NCBI RefSeq assembly: GCF_009914755.1
Contig: NC_060929.1
DNA: 64,000 nucleotides
From: the human T2T-CHM13v2.0 reference genome, Homo sapiens
Direction: 5' to 3' (one strand)
How positions within the stretch are numbered: the stretch's first letter is position 1; each line of letters starts with the position of its first letter. This document shows, one piece after another, positions 1 through 15,559 of the stretch. Both the position numbers and the translations under genes were made by a program. A model generated the notes under the pieces. The model worked only from the letters and a program-made list of their open reading frames with translations, did no database searches and had not been told where the DNA came from.

Positions 1-27
1 CTGAAAAATTAGCACATTAGTCTAGGG

Positions 28-333
28 TAGCATTTCCCAAAGTGTGTTTTTGGAACATCAGTTCTATGGGATGTCAACCGGTATTACGCTAAAGCTATCA
101 AACAAACAAACAAACAAAAAAGTGTTTTCTGGCCAAATAAATTTAGAAAACTCAAGGCTAAGCAAGCTTACATAGTTATTTTACCACATAAATTATTAGT
201 CTTAATAATTTAATGTGCACTGTGAATCATTAAAATGAGGAAATTATATGCAGTAATTCAGACACTTCTTTGGACACAAGACTCTTATTTTCTCAACATA
301 TTAGTCCTTCAGAACACAGTCTTTTGGAAATTA
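28..333. mobile_element. hAT-Charlie DNA transposon remnant (Charlie4-like)
   Basis: Degenerate terminal inverted ends 'tagcatttcccaaagtgtgtttttggaaca' and 'agaacacagtcttttggaaattat'; resembles recalled Charlie consensus. Confidence 0.55.
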
Positions 334-382
334 TTAAACCATCTACTCTTCAAGTTCTCTTCTGACTTGAATGCCCTCTGAT

Positions 383-512
383 TCATTCATCTGTTTAACA
401 AATATTTATAGAGTCCCTATTATATGCCAGGCACTGTTCAGTGTAAAAAAAATACATCAGTGTACAACACAGAGAAACAAATCCTTGCTTTCATGGAGCT
501 TACATTCTAGCA
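383..512 (-). mobile_element. LINE-2 3' end fragment
   Basis: 'ttcattcatctgtttaacaaatatttatagag...tgccaggcactgttc...tcatggagcttacattctag' is the reverse complement of the L2 3' end. Confidence 0.8.
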
Positions 513-1439
513 GGATTTGATGTCACTCACTCAAAGTGTACTCATACTTTGAGAAGTGACTGCTATCCCTTAACTCAAAGATACAAAGTTGTAAAGTAGG
601 ATCATTAAAAACAAAGAAAGGCCAGTGGGGAAGGATAGTTTGTGGGGAAAGGAGGGAAGACTGTGTGTCACTCTGCCTCCCTATCCCTCAGCCTCTGAGT
701 TGAGGTTAAACTATGAACTCAGATCTGAAGAAGCAGATGGCTTCTACATCAGGGGCGCACAATCCCATTTGTTTATTTGTTTATTTACTCATTAATGTCA
801 CTATTCAGCACATACTTATAGGCATGACATATGTCATACACAACAATGCATAAGACCAAATTTGTACCCCCAGAGCTGACTCCCAGGTGGGCAGGCAGAT
901 CAGGACATGAGAGATTGTGCCTGTGTGTTTTATGTGCTATGGGGGAGAGGACAGAGTAATGTGGGGGCACATTGCAGGGGCACTGAACCCTAGACATCAG
1001 AGAAGACATCTTAAAGTGACATTTAATTTGAATTATCCAGAGAGCAATAGGAGTTTGTTTAGCAAACTGGCTTAGGGTGAATTGGGGAAACAGTGAGTAG
1101 GAAAAGCGCTCTAGTCAGCGGACACAATATGTAACTAACAAAACTCCCATGACAAGTTTACACAGTGGAACTGGCATGGAAGACATATGTATATATTAGA
1201 GTTCTGTGTATGATTTTCTTTGAAAAAGGGTTCTGTTATTGAAATAAAACTTGAAAACCATTAGTGGTTTCCCAAAGGAAATTTTTGAGGCTACTCTATG
1301 TTTATAATTCTTAAATTCTACTGCTTATGTAAGTCTTTCTGTCAAAAGTATTTGCATTTTCATGGGGAATTTAGGAAGACTGAGATTTCTTTCAAATCTG
1401 AGGTACACATTGCTGCTGGCAGATAGTATTCATTGAAAT

Positions 1440-1860
1440 GATTTTTGTTATAAATGACAGAAACCTCAATTCAAGATGACTTTAGCAAAATAGGAAATTA
1501 ATTATCTTACATGACAAAACAATTCAAATGGAGAGAGACTTCAAATCCAGTCTCTCTCCATTTCAGTTGTCTGGCCTTCATTCTCAGTCTTAGCATTGCA
1601 GCAAGAGGGCTGCCAATGTCTCCATGTCTGCATCTTTCATGTCCAAGTCTAGTGGAAAAGAGGGTTGTCTTCCTGAAGCTGCGACATAAATCCCTGTATT
1701 CACTCTGATTGTACCATCTTATCTCATGTGCTCATCCCCAAACCAATCACTGTAGCCAAGAGGGTGAAACTACAAAGATTGGATAGGCCTGGATCACATA
1801 ATCCAATCCTGGAGCAGGAAGTGTAGTCCCATCCAAACCACATGACTGAGAATGATTTCC
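1440..1860 (-). mobile_element. MaLR solo LTR (MLT1J/K-like)
   Basis: 'aatgacagaaacctcaattcaagatgactttagcaaaa' and 'aaccaatcactgtagccaagaggg...gattggataggcctggatcac' match old MLT1 motifs. Confidence 0.65.
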
Positions 1861-2054
1861 TAAAAAGTCCTGAGGCTATAAGCAGAAGAATAGGGAGGGA
1901 GGCAGAAGGGGAAGGAGAGAGAGATGGAGATAGGGAGAGAGAGAGAAAGAGAGTCAAGGATGAAGGGAAAAAAGAGAAAGAAGCATCACGGAAAACAGTG
2001 ATGGATTAAAAAAGGGAGAAAGCAAAAAAGAAAAGAAAAAGAATGAAACTGGAA

Positions 2055-2290
2055 GTAATACAGTCTAGTGAGTTCTTCCTTAAAGCATCACCTTGAGGGT
2101 AATGTTTACTTTCTCCAGTGATACTGCTTTGGCTCAAAAGGATTTTCAAACTCCTCTTGAAATTTTTTTCAGAGCCTGAAGCACGTTCTTTGAATATGCT
2201 CATTGGTGGCGAATCCTCATTCTTTGGGGGTGGTTTTGATTTTTGAAAGAAGCCAAAAGTCACTGAGAGCTGAGTGTTGACCAACATGGT
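2055..2290 (-). mobile_element. Mariner transposase fossil (MARNA-like)
   Basis: Minus-strand translation SALSDFWLLSKIKTTPKE*GFATNEHIQ resembles the mariner C-terminal LAPSDFWLFPKIK..KGRRF..IEDIQ segment; contains a stop and frameshifts. Confidence 0.75.
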
Positions 2291-2894
2291 GGCTGCTGCA
2301 TCTGCCTCATCTTTCTTGTGTCCAAAGTAAAGTGCAATGATGTGTTCATAAGTCTGAGATCCTTGTAGGTTCCTTTTAATTAATTCATTCATTTATTGTT
2401 TTATTTTAATTTCATTAACTTAATAACCAACACTTTCACATGTTTCACATTTTCAAAGGCACAAAAGAATATATAGTAAAAAGTCCTTTCCCTTCCCTTG
2501 CCGCCCAGCCACCTGGTTTACCTTCCATGTTTTGCGTGTATCCTTCCAGAAAGAGCCTACTCCTATCCCTTAATTGACTTGAAGAAGGCCCAGAGAGGTA
2601 TCTCTAAGTAACTGAAGAACTGCTTGAATGCTGGCTGAAGAGCACTGCAGTGTGTGTAAGCTGTGATAGGTTTATGCCAAATGCAGGTGTCAATACTTTA
2701 TCCTTAGGACCCTGAGAAGTCTCTGTAATATGAGGCAGTTTCCTGGCTCAGATACCTGAGCTGTGCGAGATCAGGTGGGTAACTTTTTCTCTTGAGCTTT
2801 GGTTTTCTCATCTGTAAAATGGCGATAATGTCAACAACCTCCTTCGCAGGGTATTATGCGGTTTAAGTGCAATGATGTACGAAAATGTCCTAAG

Positions 2895-3364
2895 GAGGTT
2901 TATTGTATGTGTCGACTTAGCTCAACCACAGTACCCAGTGGTTTAGTCAAATACTAGTCTAGATGTCTCTGTGAAGGTATTTTGTAGATGTGATTAACAT
3001 CTGCAATCATTTAACTTTAAGTAAAGCAGATTACCCTCCGTATTGTAGGTGAACCCCATCCAATCAGTTGAAAGCTTAGAACAAAACCTGAAGTTTTCTA
3101 GAGAAGAAATTCAGCATTAAGACTGTAGCCTAGAAATCCTGCCCAAGTTTCCAACCTGCTGGCCTGTCCTATGGATTTCAGACTCAACACTGCAACATCA
3201 ACTCTTACTTGAATTTCCAGCTTCCTGGCCTGCCCTACAGGTTTGGGACTTACCAGCTGCCACATTTGTGTCAGCCAGTTTCTGAAAATAAATCTCTCTC
3301 TATATATATATATATTCTATTTTATTCTATTGATTGTTTTCTCTGGAGAACTCTGACTGATACA
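2895..3364 (+). mobile_element. ERVL solo LTR (MLT2D/C-like)
   Basis: 'gtgaaggtattttgtagatgtgattaacat...taagtaaagcagattaccctc', AATAAA followed by (CT)(AT) tract, end 'ctctggagaactctgactgataca'. Confidence 0.85.
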
Positions 3365-4763
3365 GAGGGAGAAAACTGCATTGCAATGAGGCGGGGTGTT
3401 GAAATAAACCTAGGTTTTAGTCCTAGGTCTCTTTCTGACTGGCTAAGCAGCTAAGCAGCCCTGGGAAAGACCCTTGATACTACCGAGCTTCTAGTGTCAT
3501 CACCTGCCTAATGCCTCTCAACATTGCTGGGAAGATGGACATCATGAAAATGACTCGTCAAGCATCATATACGTGTAGGTTATAATTATTCGAGTCGGTC
3601 CTCCTTTGATTGCACACATATCCTTAAAAGTCGTGCTTTGGTGGCTCCCAGACCTATAACTTCTTCAGAGATGTTTCCTTCCCAGCATTGATTCTTGGCT
3701 CTGTCTCTATGAAGTTCATAGTCAGGGAATGAAATCCAGTCCAGCCTCAAGTAGTTGTCAAGGGGGCTAGAGGGCTCCACCCAAGGCCTCAGTGGGCTCT
3801 GCACCCACAGGCAAGGGGAAGCAGAGGGAGGAGGGTAGGGGAAAGTGGAGGGAGGAACTTATGGAGGCGGGAGTAGGAGGGGGAAGGGAACGAGAATGAG
3901 AGAGGAAGGAGGACATGTGTTAAGATGGGTCCCCAGGGGTCCAGGGCTGATTTGCTGGGGTTGCTGGGTCTGCTCTGCAGATTGCAGGCTGATTGCAGCA
4001 GATTAGCTGGGACCTAAAAGGGGCCTTGTCACAGCCCATGAATCCAGTGCTGAATATTCTGATATTTCTCTTATCTTGGGGTTAGAGCCAATCAAAACAG
4101 AGAGGACCGGGGGATGGCAGGGAGAAGCACTATGAATAACCTGCCTCCTTTGCCATCACAATGCGTCAAAACACCACTCAGTCCCATTTCCACTTGTTTT
4201 CTCCTTTGCCAGGGATTCAAGAACTGGCACTTGAGAGGGATGAAACTTTCTGTGGTGTCTAAGAGGCTCATGTTGCTTTCCACCCCACCTTGGTGTTCTT
4301 TATTTCATCACTCAAATCTTTTCTTTCATACCACTTATCATAAGCTGAACTTATTTGATAAAAAATTATTTACCAAAAACTGCTCTCTCAACCAGAAAGT
4401 GCCACCTTATCTTATTTGCCTGCCCCTGTAGTGCCAGTTCCCAACAGAGTGGTGTATGGTAATGCCCCTAAAAATGTTTATTAAGGAATGGGATGGATGA
4501 ATACCATTTACTAATGGGATGGATGGATGAATACCATTTACTAAGGGCCCTCTTTGTGCCAGGCAAGGAGCCCAGAGCTGTACAGGCATTTGTCATCTGC
4601 TTTTAATGATAGTTCTGTGAAGAAGGTATGATAATCTTTATTTTACTGATAAGAAAACTAAAGTCCAGAAAGGTCAAGTAACAAGGCCATGGTCACACAG
4701 TCAGACCTGGGATTCTAATCTAGGTTTGACTGACTCCAAAGTACATGGTCTTAATTACTATAC

Positions 4764-4947
4764 CATGGATAAAATATGCGTTTTCTGCCATGCCAGCATT
4801 GATTGGCAATTGCTGCCAGGAGCCCTTAACTGAGAAGAATATCGAGGCAATGTCCAACTTGGTGGAGAAGAGTGCAGAGACCAATTAGTAATGTCTGCAA
4901 GGGGTGAAGTAGAATGTCTAGCGGCACATGTACCATCTGTTTTTCAT
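4764..4947 (-). mobile_element. hAT-Charlie MITE (MER117-like)
   Basis: 'gattggcaattgctgccaggag...tgagaagaat...aagagtgc...attagtaatgtctgc' matches the reverse complement of recalled MER117. Confidence 0.6.
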
Positions 4948-5454
4948 TTTAACACATATTATATCACCTCCCTAAAGATGTGCACTAGAGGCAAAGAAAA
5001 AAAAAAGAGAGAGCGAAACTAGGAGGCAGAAATGCTTAACTTCTTTTCTGGCCCTAATTTTCACCCCTTCTTGTTGAACTTTTCTTTAAAATGAGAACAC
5101 ATCTATCTACATGCTTATTTGGAGGACAGAATGCAATCAGAAGTAGGAAAAAGCTTTGAAAAGTCTTGGAAGCAAAGGTTGTAATATTGCTTCTTAAGCT
5201 GACTTTATGATGCTTCAGGGGCTTTGGGTCACCTGATATTTCTGTAGGACTCCAACACTCCTGGCAAAGATGCTGTTATTATTTCCCAAAAGCCTTTCAA
5301 AGAAATCAGGGGCAGGGAATGAGGGGAGGTGACAGTCAGGCTGCAGAGCTGGACTTTGGGAATTGGAGCCTATTGCACTTAAGACTTTGTAATCTGTTGG
5401 CCATGGAATAATCATCATGCATTTACCCTGCCAGACTAAAGCCTGGGAGTAGGA

Positions 5455-6003
5455 CAGTAGATTGGTTAAGAGTGGGGCCTGTAGAGTTTAAGTCCCAATA
5501 TTACTGCTTACTGTGTAATCTTGGACAAGTTATTTAATCTCTTTGAGCCTTGATTTCTTATGTAAAATAGCATCTATCCAAGGGCCTGATATGAGAATTA
5601 AATGAGACAGTTTGAGGCCAGGCGCGGTGGCTCATGCTTGTAATCTCAGCACTTTGGGAGGCTGAGGCGGGCGGGTCACTTGAGGCCAGGAGTTTGAGAG
5701 CAGCCTGGCCAACATGGTGAAACCCCGTCTCTACTAAAAATACAAAAATTACCTGGAGGTGGTAGCGCACGTACCTGTAATTCCAGCTACTTGGGAGGCT
5801 GAGGTACGAGAATCACTTGAACCCGGGAGGTGGAGGTTTGCAGTAAGCTGAGATTGCGCCACTGCACTCCAGCTTGGGTGACTGAGACTCTGTCTCAAAA
5901 AAAAAAAAAAATTAAAATAAAATAAATAAAAACATAAGACAGTTTGTAGAAGAAAACAATATGGCCCTGGCATACAACAAGCACAAAATGCATGTTAATT
6001 ACT
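5455..6003 (+). mobile_element. MIR split by an Alu
   Basis: MIR core 'ttactgtgtaatcttggacaagttatttaatctctttgagcc...tgagaattaaatgag' resumes after the Alu as 'cctggcatacaacaagcac'. Confidence 0.7.
5616..5933 (+). mobile_element. Alu, full length (AluS, Sz/Sx-like)
   Basis: Dimeric Alu with A-tail; TSD atgagacagtttg (5602-5614) / ataagacagtttg (5934-5946). Confidence 0.97.
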
Positions 6004-6439
6004 GTCTATGAGGAATCTGTATGCACACGTGGAAAATGGAAAATCAGAGCAATGATCTGAATCTGTGTTGTTCCAAGCCAGATAACTGGTGGTATTTTGG
6101 TTTTTGTTTGTTTTCCTACTTTTTTGTTTGCATCTGGATGTTCTGAATACCCAAACTTGGTGTTTTTCTCAGAAAGGAGACAGGCAAGCTTGTTCTAAAC
6201 TGTTCATCTCCTTCAAGTATCCAGTCTATATAGTTCTTGCTGCTGTTAGGCCTCTCTCTAATTGAACAAGGGGAAAAATCACCCTCTCACTGCGTGTTGA
6301 AAAACTGGATTTTAAGAATATAAAGTTGGGCATTGCCCCACTTGCCCTTCATGAAACACACTGGCCCAGAACAGACTTTCTTCTCTTCATCTTCTGTAAG
6401 AAAGAGCTTAGGCCATGGTTATGTATGGTGATAGCTACC

Positions 6440-6660
6440 ATTTACTATGAGGCACTAATTGTGTGCCAGGAACTTCATTCTCCTGATAGCCCTATAAGGT
6501 GGCCACTGTTGCCACTCTTGGTTTGCAGATAATGAGATTACAGCCAAGTATGTTTAGCTCACCTGTCCTAAGTCACACAGTGAGAAAGTAGCAAAGCTGG
6601 GATTCAAACCCAGGTCAGTCAGGCCTCAGTATCCCTGTGCTAACCACTTAGTCATATTAC
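6440..6660 (-). mobile_element. MIR
   Basis: 'cctgtcctaagtcacacagtgagaaagtagcaaagctgggattcaaacccaggtc' is the reverse MIR core. Confidence 0.75.
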
Positions 6661-6709
6661 CTAATGGGAATTCTGGCTTAGTGAATAATCTGTTTGGCAG
6701 AAGGGATGA

Positions 6710-9599
<2,890 letters not shown>

Positions 9600-9649
9600 G
9601 AAATGTCAGATTCATAAACGAGGGGCTGTGAGAAATGGTGGAGGGGTCG

Positions 9650-9813
9650 CAGCCATGGTTCTCATGCCCAGCTGCTCAGCTGAATCCCCTGAGGAGCATT
9701 CATGAAATAGAGATTCCTGGTACCCACCCGCAAAACTGTTGATGCACTTGATCTAAGATGGAGCCAGAGCTTTCCAGGTGATTCTGATGGGCTTCTAGGC
9801 TTGAGAACCACTG
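9650..9813. mobile_element. MER5A-like hAT MITE
   Basis: 'catggttctca...gattcctgg...ttccaggtgattctgatg...ttgagaaccactg' with terminal inverted repeats. Confidence 0.7.
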
Positions 9814-10769
9814 GGGCAGAGGAAGAAGGTTTGGGGAGAGATTTAGCAAATTCCTTGTGGTTAGGAACTTTTCCATTCCCTCGTAGGAAGTGGCTAATTC
9901 ACATTCCAGGTGGTGTACCTTTATCTCAGTATCTCCGTTTGCAGGATGGGGGCAGTGGAGCTTGACAACATTGCAGGCTGCTGTGTGGATAAACAGCTCG
10001 TAATGTGCCATTTAAATGGGAAGCATTGGGATGAAGTGTTCCTGGGGCTTGAAGTGACCCCATTTTATTTTCAGTGTGGAGGTGCCCAGGCCACATCTTA
10101 AGCAACTTTGAACCATCTGGAACCACTGGACAGCAAATGGTTAATCCTGTAAGGCCAGGGTGTGAGGGATCCGGTCATGCAGCTGGGGGTAACTGGGGAA
10201 CTCTCATTGTCCCACCCTTTGGTTGAGGAACAGTGTGAGCCGACACATAATTAGAACCACTAACTGGCTTTCAATATGGAGAATGAGATTTGTGGCTCCT
10301 GCTCACTAAGGAAATATGAAACGGTAAACACACTTCCAGTTATGGATGGGGCTAAACACACCATTAAACTGAATGCTAATAGCTGCCTCCTTCTCCCTTC
10401 GAACATTTCACCGTGGCAACCAGTAGGTGCCCTTTTCTTGCCTTCTCTTTCAGCTTCCCATAATTCTCTTCTGCCGTGGTTCTTTGGATGATAATGGGCA
10501 CATGCTTGAAATAGTAGTTAGAGAATAAGAATTTAATAACAACAAGAACAAAAAAGCAAATGAGGCTGGAGTAGGTTTCCAGCTCCTCATATTATTTGCT
10601 TGTAGGCTGTAGCAATCTCAGGTATTGAGAATAAACCAAAATAGACTGAGATGAACATCTTTAATTGAATGTGAGTGTCTTAAATATACTGCATGCTAAA
10701 GGCATTAAGCTTGACTTCTGAAGCTCAGTCACTAAGTTGTGGGAGCACCATTACTCAGGGTTTAACAAC

Positions 10770-11010
10770 AGGAGGCCAGGAGTTTGACATACTTGAGTAT
10801 AAATCCTTCCCTATTGCCTAATGGCTGTGTGGCCTTGGATGAATAACCTTCTCTCTCTGTACCTAAGCTTTTCCATCTATAAATCATGGCTAATAATAAT
10901 AAACTTTTCCTCACAGAGCTATTGCTGGGGTGGAGTGGTTAAAGACACATGGGTATAAAGCTTTCAGTATAGTGTCTGGCACAAAGATTCTCAATAATCA
11001 ATAGCTATTC
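10770..11010 (+). mobile_element. MIR
   Basis: 'ggctgtgtggccttggatgaataacc...tctctgtacctaagcttttccatctataaa...agtgtctggcaca' MIR core and tail. Confidence 0.7.
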
Positions 11011-13667
11011 TGATGATGATGATATGATTAACAACTTGCTGGGCAACGTTAGGCCTGTAACTTCCCTGAGCTTCAAATTTTTCATCTGCAAAAGGCAAGC
11101 TAATCACAGTACTTGAGTCATTTGCTTAAGGCTCTAGATAAGAATTAAATGATGAAAAGGACTTGGTACAGGTCTTGGCATATAATAAGAGCTCAAGGAG
11201 GACTTGCTGAATGAATGGGAAAAAAATAAATGAATGCTATGTCGGCTGGAGAAACTCAGTCATCAGACCCAAAGTGTTTAATATGAGACACAGAGGAAGA
11301 AAAATACAAACAGCCCTGGACTCTTTGTCAGTTACATTTTTTAGCAGCCGAAGACCTTCCGTTGCTTCCTTTCTCCTTGTTGCGTCCGTTCCTCCCGCCC
11401 CTTATCAAGACTGTCTGCTGGAAAAGAGAAAGCATAATGCTGACACACACAAATGAAACCCCAGTATCACAAGGGGCTCCTAGCAAGGCCTCAGACAGGA
11501 AGGGCCATAAATAACCGAGTGGCCTGTGCAACAGGCTCAGCCTGTAAAGCTGGTCAGTAGGACCTCTTCAGTCCCTGCCCTGGCCCCTCAAGTGGCCAGT
11601 GTCCTCACCTTGAGCCCCACACCTCCTTCCCCATCTAGTGCCCCTCCTAGGTCTGTTCACCAGGGCAGTGACTCATACTCTGAATTGCTTCTCCCTCCTC
11701 TGCCAAACTCCAGCTTTCCCTGGGAGAAAACTATCTGGTAAGCCAGTCACTAAAATCATTGCTTAGTCAGCCACTCTCGTGGGGGTAATTGAAATGTCTT
11801 TTAAACAGCATTTATGGTTTTAATTTCTAATTATAAAAGTGATACATATTTATTTTAGAAAACTTTGGGGAAAAAATCTAGGGAAAGTATCCAAGCATGT
11901 GGAAGAAAATACGAATCCTGAGGCCCAGGTCACAGCCCAGGCCAATTTGATCAGAATTTCTAGGGATGGTATCCTAGAGCAGGATTGTTTTATTAAGTTC
12001 CCCAGGTGATTCCATTGCAGAAAAGGTTCTTTACTTAGAGATACCTGCCAATAATACTTTGAAGTATTCTCTTTACCTTTTATATTGATATTCAGATTAT
12101 ACTGTGTATGTTATTCAAAACGCGAATTTTTTTGCCCAGTGATATATTATGAACATCTTCCCATATCATCAAATATTCTTTGAAAACATGATTTTTAAAA
12201 CGGGCATGTAATGTTCCATCTTATGGATCCACATAATTAGTTTAGCTAACAATCCATTATTAGACATGTTTCTAAATGTTGTCAATTAAAATAATACTGA
12301 GATGTATTTCTACTTCTCTCTCTGATCACTTACTTAGCTCACACATAGCATGTAATCGTATGCTGGACATCATTCTAAGGCATTCCATATATTTCATTTA
12401 ATCCTCACAACCAGCCTATGATATTATCCCCATTTTAGAGATGAGGAAACTGAGGTTCAGAGAGCCTAAATCACATGGCTGGTAAATGGTGGAGCCCATT
12501 CATGCTCTGGAATTAAAATTGTGGGGTTCAAAAAAAATGAACATTTTTAAGGCTTTTGAGGCACACTGCCAAATAACCTACCAGGAAGGTTGTAATGATT
12601 CACTTCTTCACCAGCAGCATGGGGAAGACAGTGCAAGGGTCTCTGAATTTGAAAATAATTCTATAAACCAATGGAATCCCTCCATTTAAAAACCCTCCTT
12701 ATTGCAGGTCTACTATGTATGGAAAGAGTTTTTTGGAGTAGGGTTTTAAAAAATGATATCTAATAGCTGCATAGCATGGCTTTACAGTTTGTAAGTGATG
12801 TTCCAAGCATAAGACAGCATATTGCTTTTGTGGAGGGAGGGAAGGGGGACTGCCCAGAATCCTTCAGCTTGTGCCACCCAGTGGCCTGCCCTGTGGGAGA
12901 GTTCTAAGACTGTTCCTGAGCACTGGTCCCTCTCTAATTGTCTTTTCTTCCCACCCTTCTTTTGGGGAAAATGCTTCTGGTAAGACAGAGAAAAGAGACA
13001 AACATTTCCAAATGCAGTAGTTAATGGAAGAGGTGCTGTGAGAGGAGAGATGGCATTGTTAGAGCAAAATTTGCTGAGCTTTTGATGTTTTACCAAAGAG
13101 CCCAAAGCCCCCTTCCATGAAGGAATCTGACTCAACTCTCTTCAGCTCCCAATGGGAGTGAATGGAGCTGCTTTTCTGGGAGCCCTGGAGGGAGGGCAGG
13201 GGAGCCCAAAGGGCCAACTGGACAAGGGAATCCCAAGAAAGGAAGGAAAAGCTAGGCAAGAGAGAAAAGATGTCTGGAAGCCCAATGAGAGGCTCGAGGT
13301 GGGCTGATGTGTCTCAATGAGAAACATACAAAGCTCTGCGCACCACCCTTTGGCTCCTGTGTGTATCTGTCAAGTGTGATAATTAGCTTGGTCATTATTA
13401 TTTATCTTTTGGAAGAGGATTGTGCCTCCCCTGCCATTCCCTCTCCCACCACACATACCTACACTGACATCATCAACCTTTCTGAAGGATTTCCTATTTG
13501 TAGCAGGAAAGCAAAAAACTTCCCATGACTATGAGTTTCTTGAGGACAGAGCTCCATGCCTTTTTAAAAAAATTATATTCATTCTCAGCGGCTCCAGCAG
13601 GTCAAAATTTTAATTTCCATTCACAGGGCAACCTATTGAGGTTTGATTGAGGCTTCAATGGGAGTTA

Positions 13668-14335
13668 TGTTAGTGAACTCTATTTTGGCTGCCAGCTAGA
13701 GAAACTCACTTCAAACTTCCTTAAATATAAAAAAGAGTACTATACACCCATAAAAAAGAATGAGATTCCATCATTTCCAACGACAGGGATGGAACTGTAG
13801 GTCATTATGTTAAGTGAAACAAGCCAGATACAGAAAGACAAAAAGCACATGTTCTCACTTATCTGTGGCAGCTAGAAATGAAAACAACTGGACTCTTTGA
13901 TTATGGCCCAATAAAGGAGAAAGTCCAGGATGGGGAGCAGATTTGGCTAGATTCAGAGTTTTGAAGGTTGTTGTTTGTTTTTCTCTCTCTCTCCATCTTT
14001 CTTTGGACTGGCCTCATTTTTTCCTACTTATGAATGGGCTTCCTTCACATGTCCAGAGATCCTTTCTTCGGATTTTACGTATGGGTGCTGAGAGAGAGAA
14101 ATCCCCTTTGCCCAGGTCATTGCTAATCTGTGTTGCTCATGCGTGGGGGGCTGCTTAAGCCTTTCTCTTGCGTGACCCCAGCTTCACAATCTAATGGAGA
14201 GAGAAGACTGCTCTTCCAATGCCCATACACCAATCTCAGAGAGACAGACTGGCTGGCTTAGTTTGAGTCACATTAGGTCAACTGACTACTGTTTCCAGTG
14301 GCATGAAGTATCACAAGTGGCCAGACCATTTACAG
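13668..14335 (-). mobile_element. MaLR LTR (MLT1K-like) interrupted by an L1 fragment
   Basis: 'gttagtgaactctattttggctgccagctagagaaactcacttcaaact' resumes after 13898 as 'gaaagtccaggatgg...ggctagattcag'. Confidence 0.55.
13735..13897 (+). mobile_element. L1MA-like ORF2-end/3'UTR fragment
   Basis: 'ccataaaaaagaatgagattccatcattt...gatggaactgtaggtcattatgttaagtgaaacaagccag...atgttctcactta'. Confidence 0.85.
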
Positions 14336-15049
14336 GACAACCCATGTGGTCAGGAATGGCATCTGTTGCCCAAAGAAAAGGGTGAACAAACAGTGTGTCA
14401 GGAAAGATACAACTCCCCGAGAACCCTGTAGTGGTTCAGACTCATGTTTTCCCAGTCCAGAGTCTCAGCTGGTCCAGTTAATTTGGATTTTTATTTCTGT
14501 CTCTAATAGCATGTCTTTCTTGCACTTTTCTATCTGCAAAATAAGATAAGCACTCATTTTTATTAAAGTCTGATTTTTTAACCTTTCCTCTTGATTCATT
14601 GCTTCCCTGTAATTTTAAAACATGCAGATATCATTATATTTACTGCTATTCTTGAATGAGTAGGTCTACTTTAGAAGCCTCGATTTCTCAACCAGTTGCT
14701 TGCTGTAAACTGCTTTAAATATCAGGTCTGGACACACTCCTCTGTTGAAGCAGCCTCTTGAGGGCCACTAATGACCCCTGGGTGCTGAACCCATTGTCCT
14801 TTCTTGGCTGCATTGTCCTGGCTGCTGCAGCAGTTCGTGATGGGCAATCTTACTTTCCGGCACCATCTCCATTTTGGGAGTAAAAATGTCCTCATAAAGG
14901 ACCCAGAAAAACTATTTTCCTTCTTGGCACTTCTGCCCTTTTGGGCTGTCTGGTTTTGTTCTCTGTCTATAAATAGAGGAGGGACTCATTGTTCACCCCT
15001 CCACCTTTCAGCAGGGCTGCAATTTTGCCTTTGGAACGCAGACCGAACT

Positions 15050-15290
15050 TGTAGAAAGAGCATGAGCTTTGGAATCAGGCGAACTTGGAATCACATCCCA
15101 GCCCCACACTTACTAGTCATAGGATTATCAGTGAGGCCTTTTTGTTTTGTTTTTTTGTTTTTTTTTGAACACTTCTCTGAGCATGAGTTCCTGCTCCTGT
15201 AAATGGAGGGAAACAATAGTGTCTGTCTCATAGGATAGCAACAGAGTTTCATAACAAGGTACTGCACCCAGTAAATGTTCAATGCATGTG
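15050..15290 (+). mobile_element. MIR
   Basis: 'agagcatgagctttggaatcagg...cccagccccacacttactag...ctctgagcatgagttcctgctcctgtaaatgg'. Confidence 0.75.
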
Positions 15291-15559
15291 AGTTCTCTTC
15301 CTCCCTCAAAGATACTTGGTTTGTCCTCTGTCACTGTATTAGTTCTGTGCTGACTCACTCCTTCTGTATATCTTATGAGAATTGCCACTCATTAAATTGT
15401 TTAAAGTATATCAATGTCTTCTGTATTCTAATAAAGCTGGCCATTAGCAACAATCCTAAAACTACTCTTTGGTAAAGTCCTTTTCTACCTTTTCTTTTGG
15501 AAAACAAGTTTTTCCTTTTATTCCTTCTGGTGTAACAGACGTCTCTCTCTGCCTCCTCC

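Noticed and set aside
3813-3912. G-rich purine tract as a G-quadruplex
   Set aside because: G-runs are irregular with long loops; looks like ordinary low-complexity sequence.
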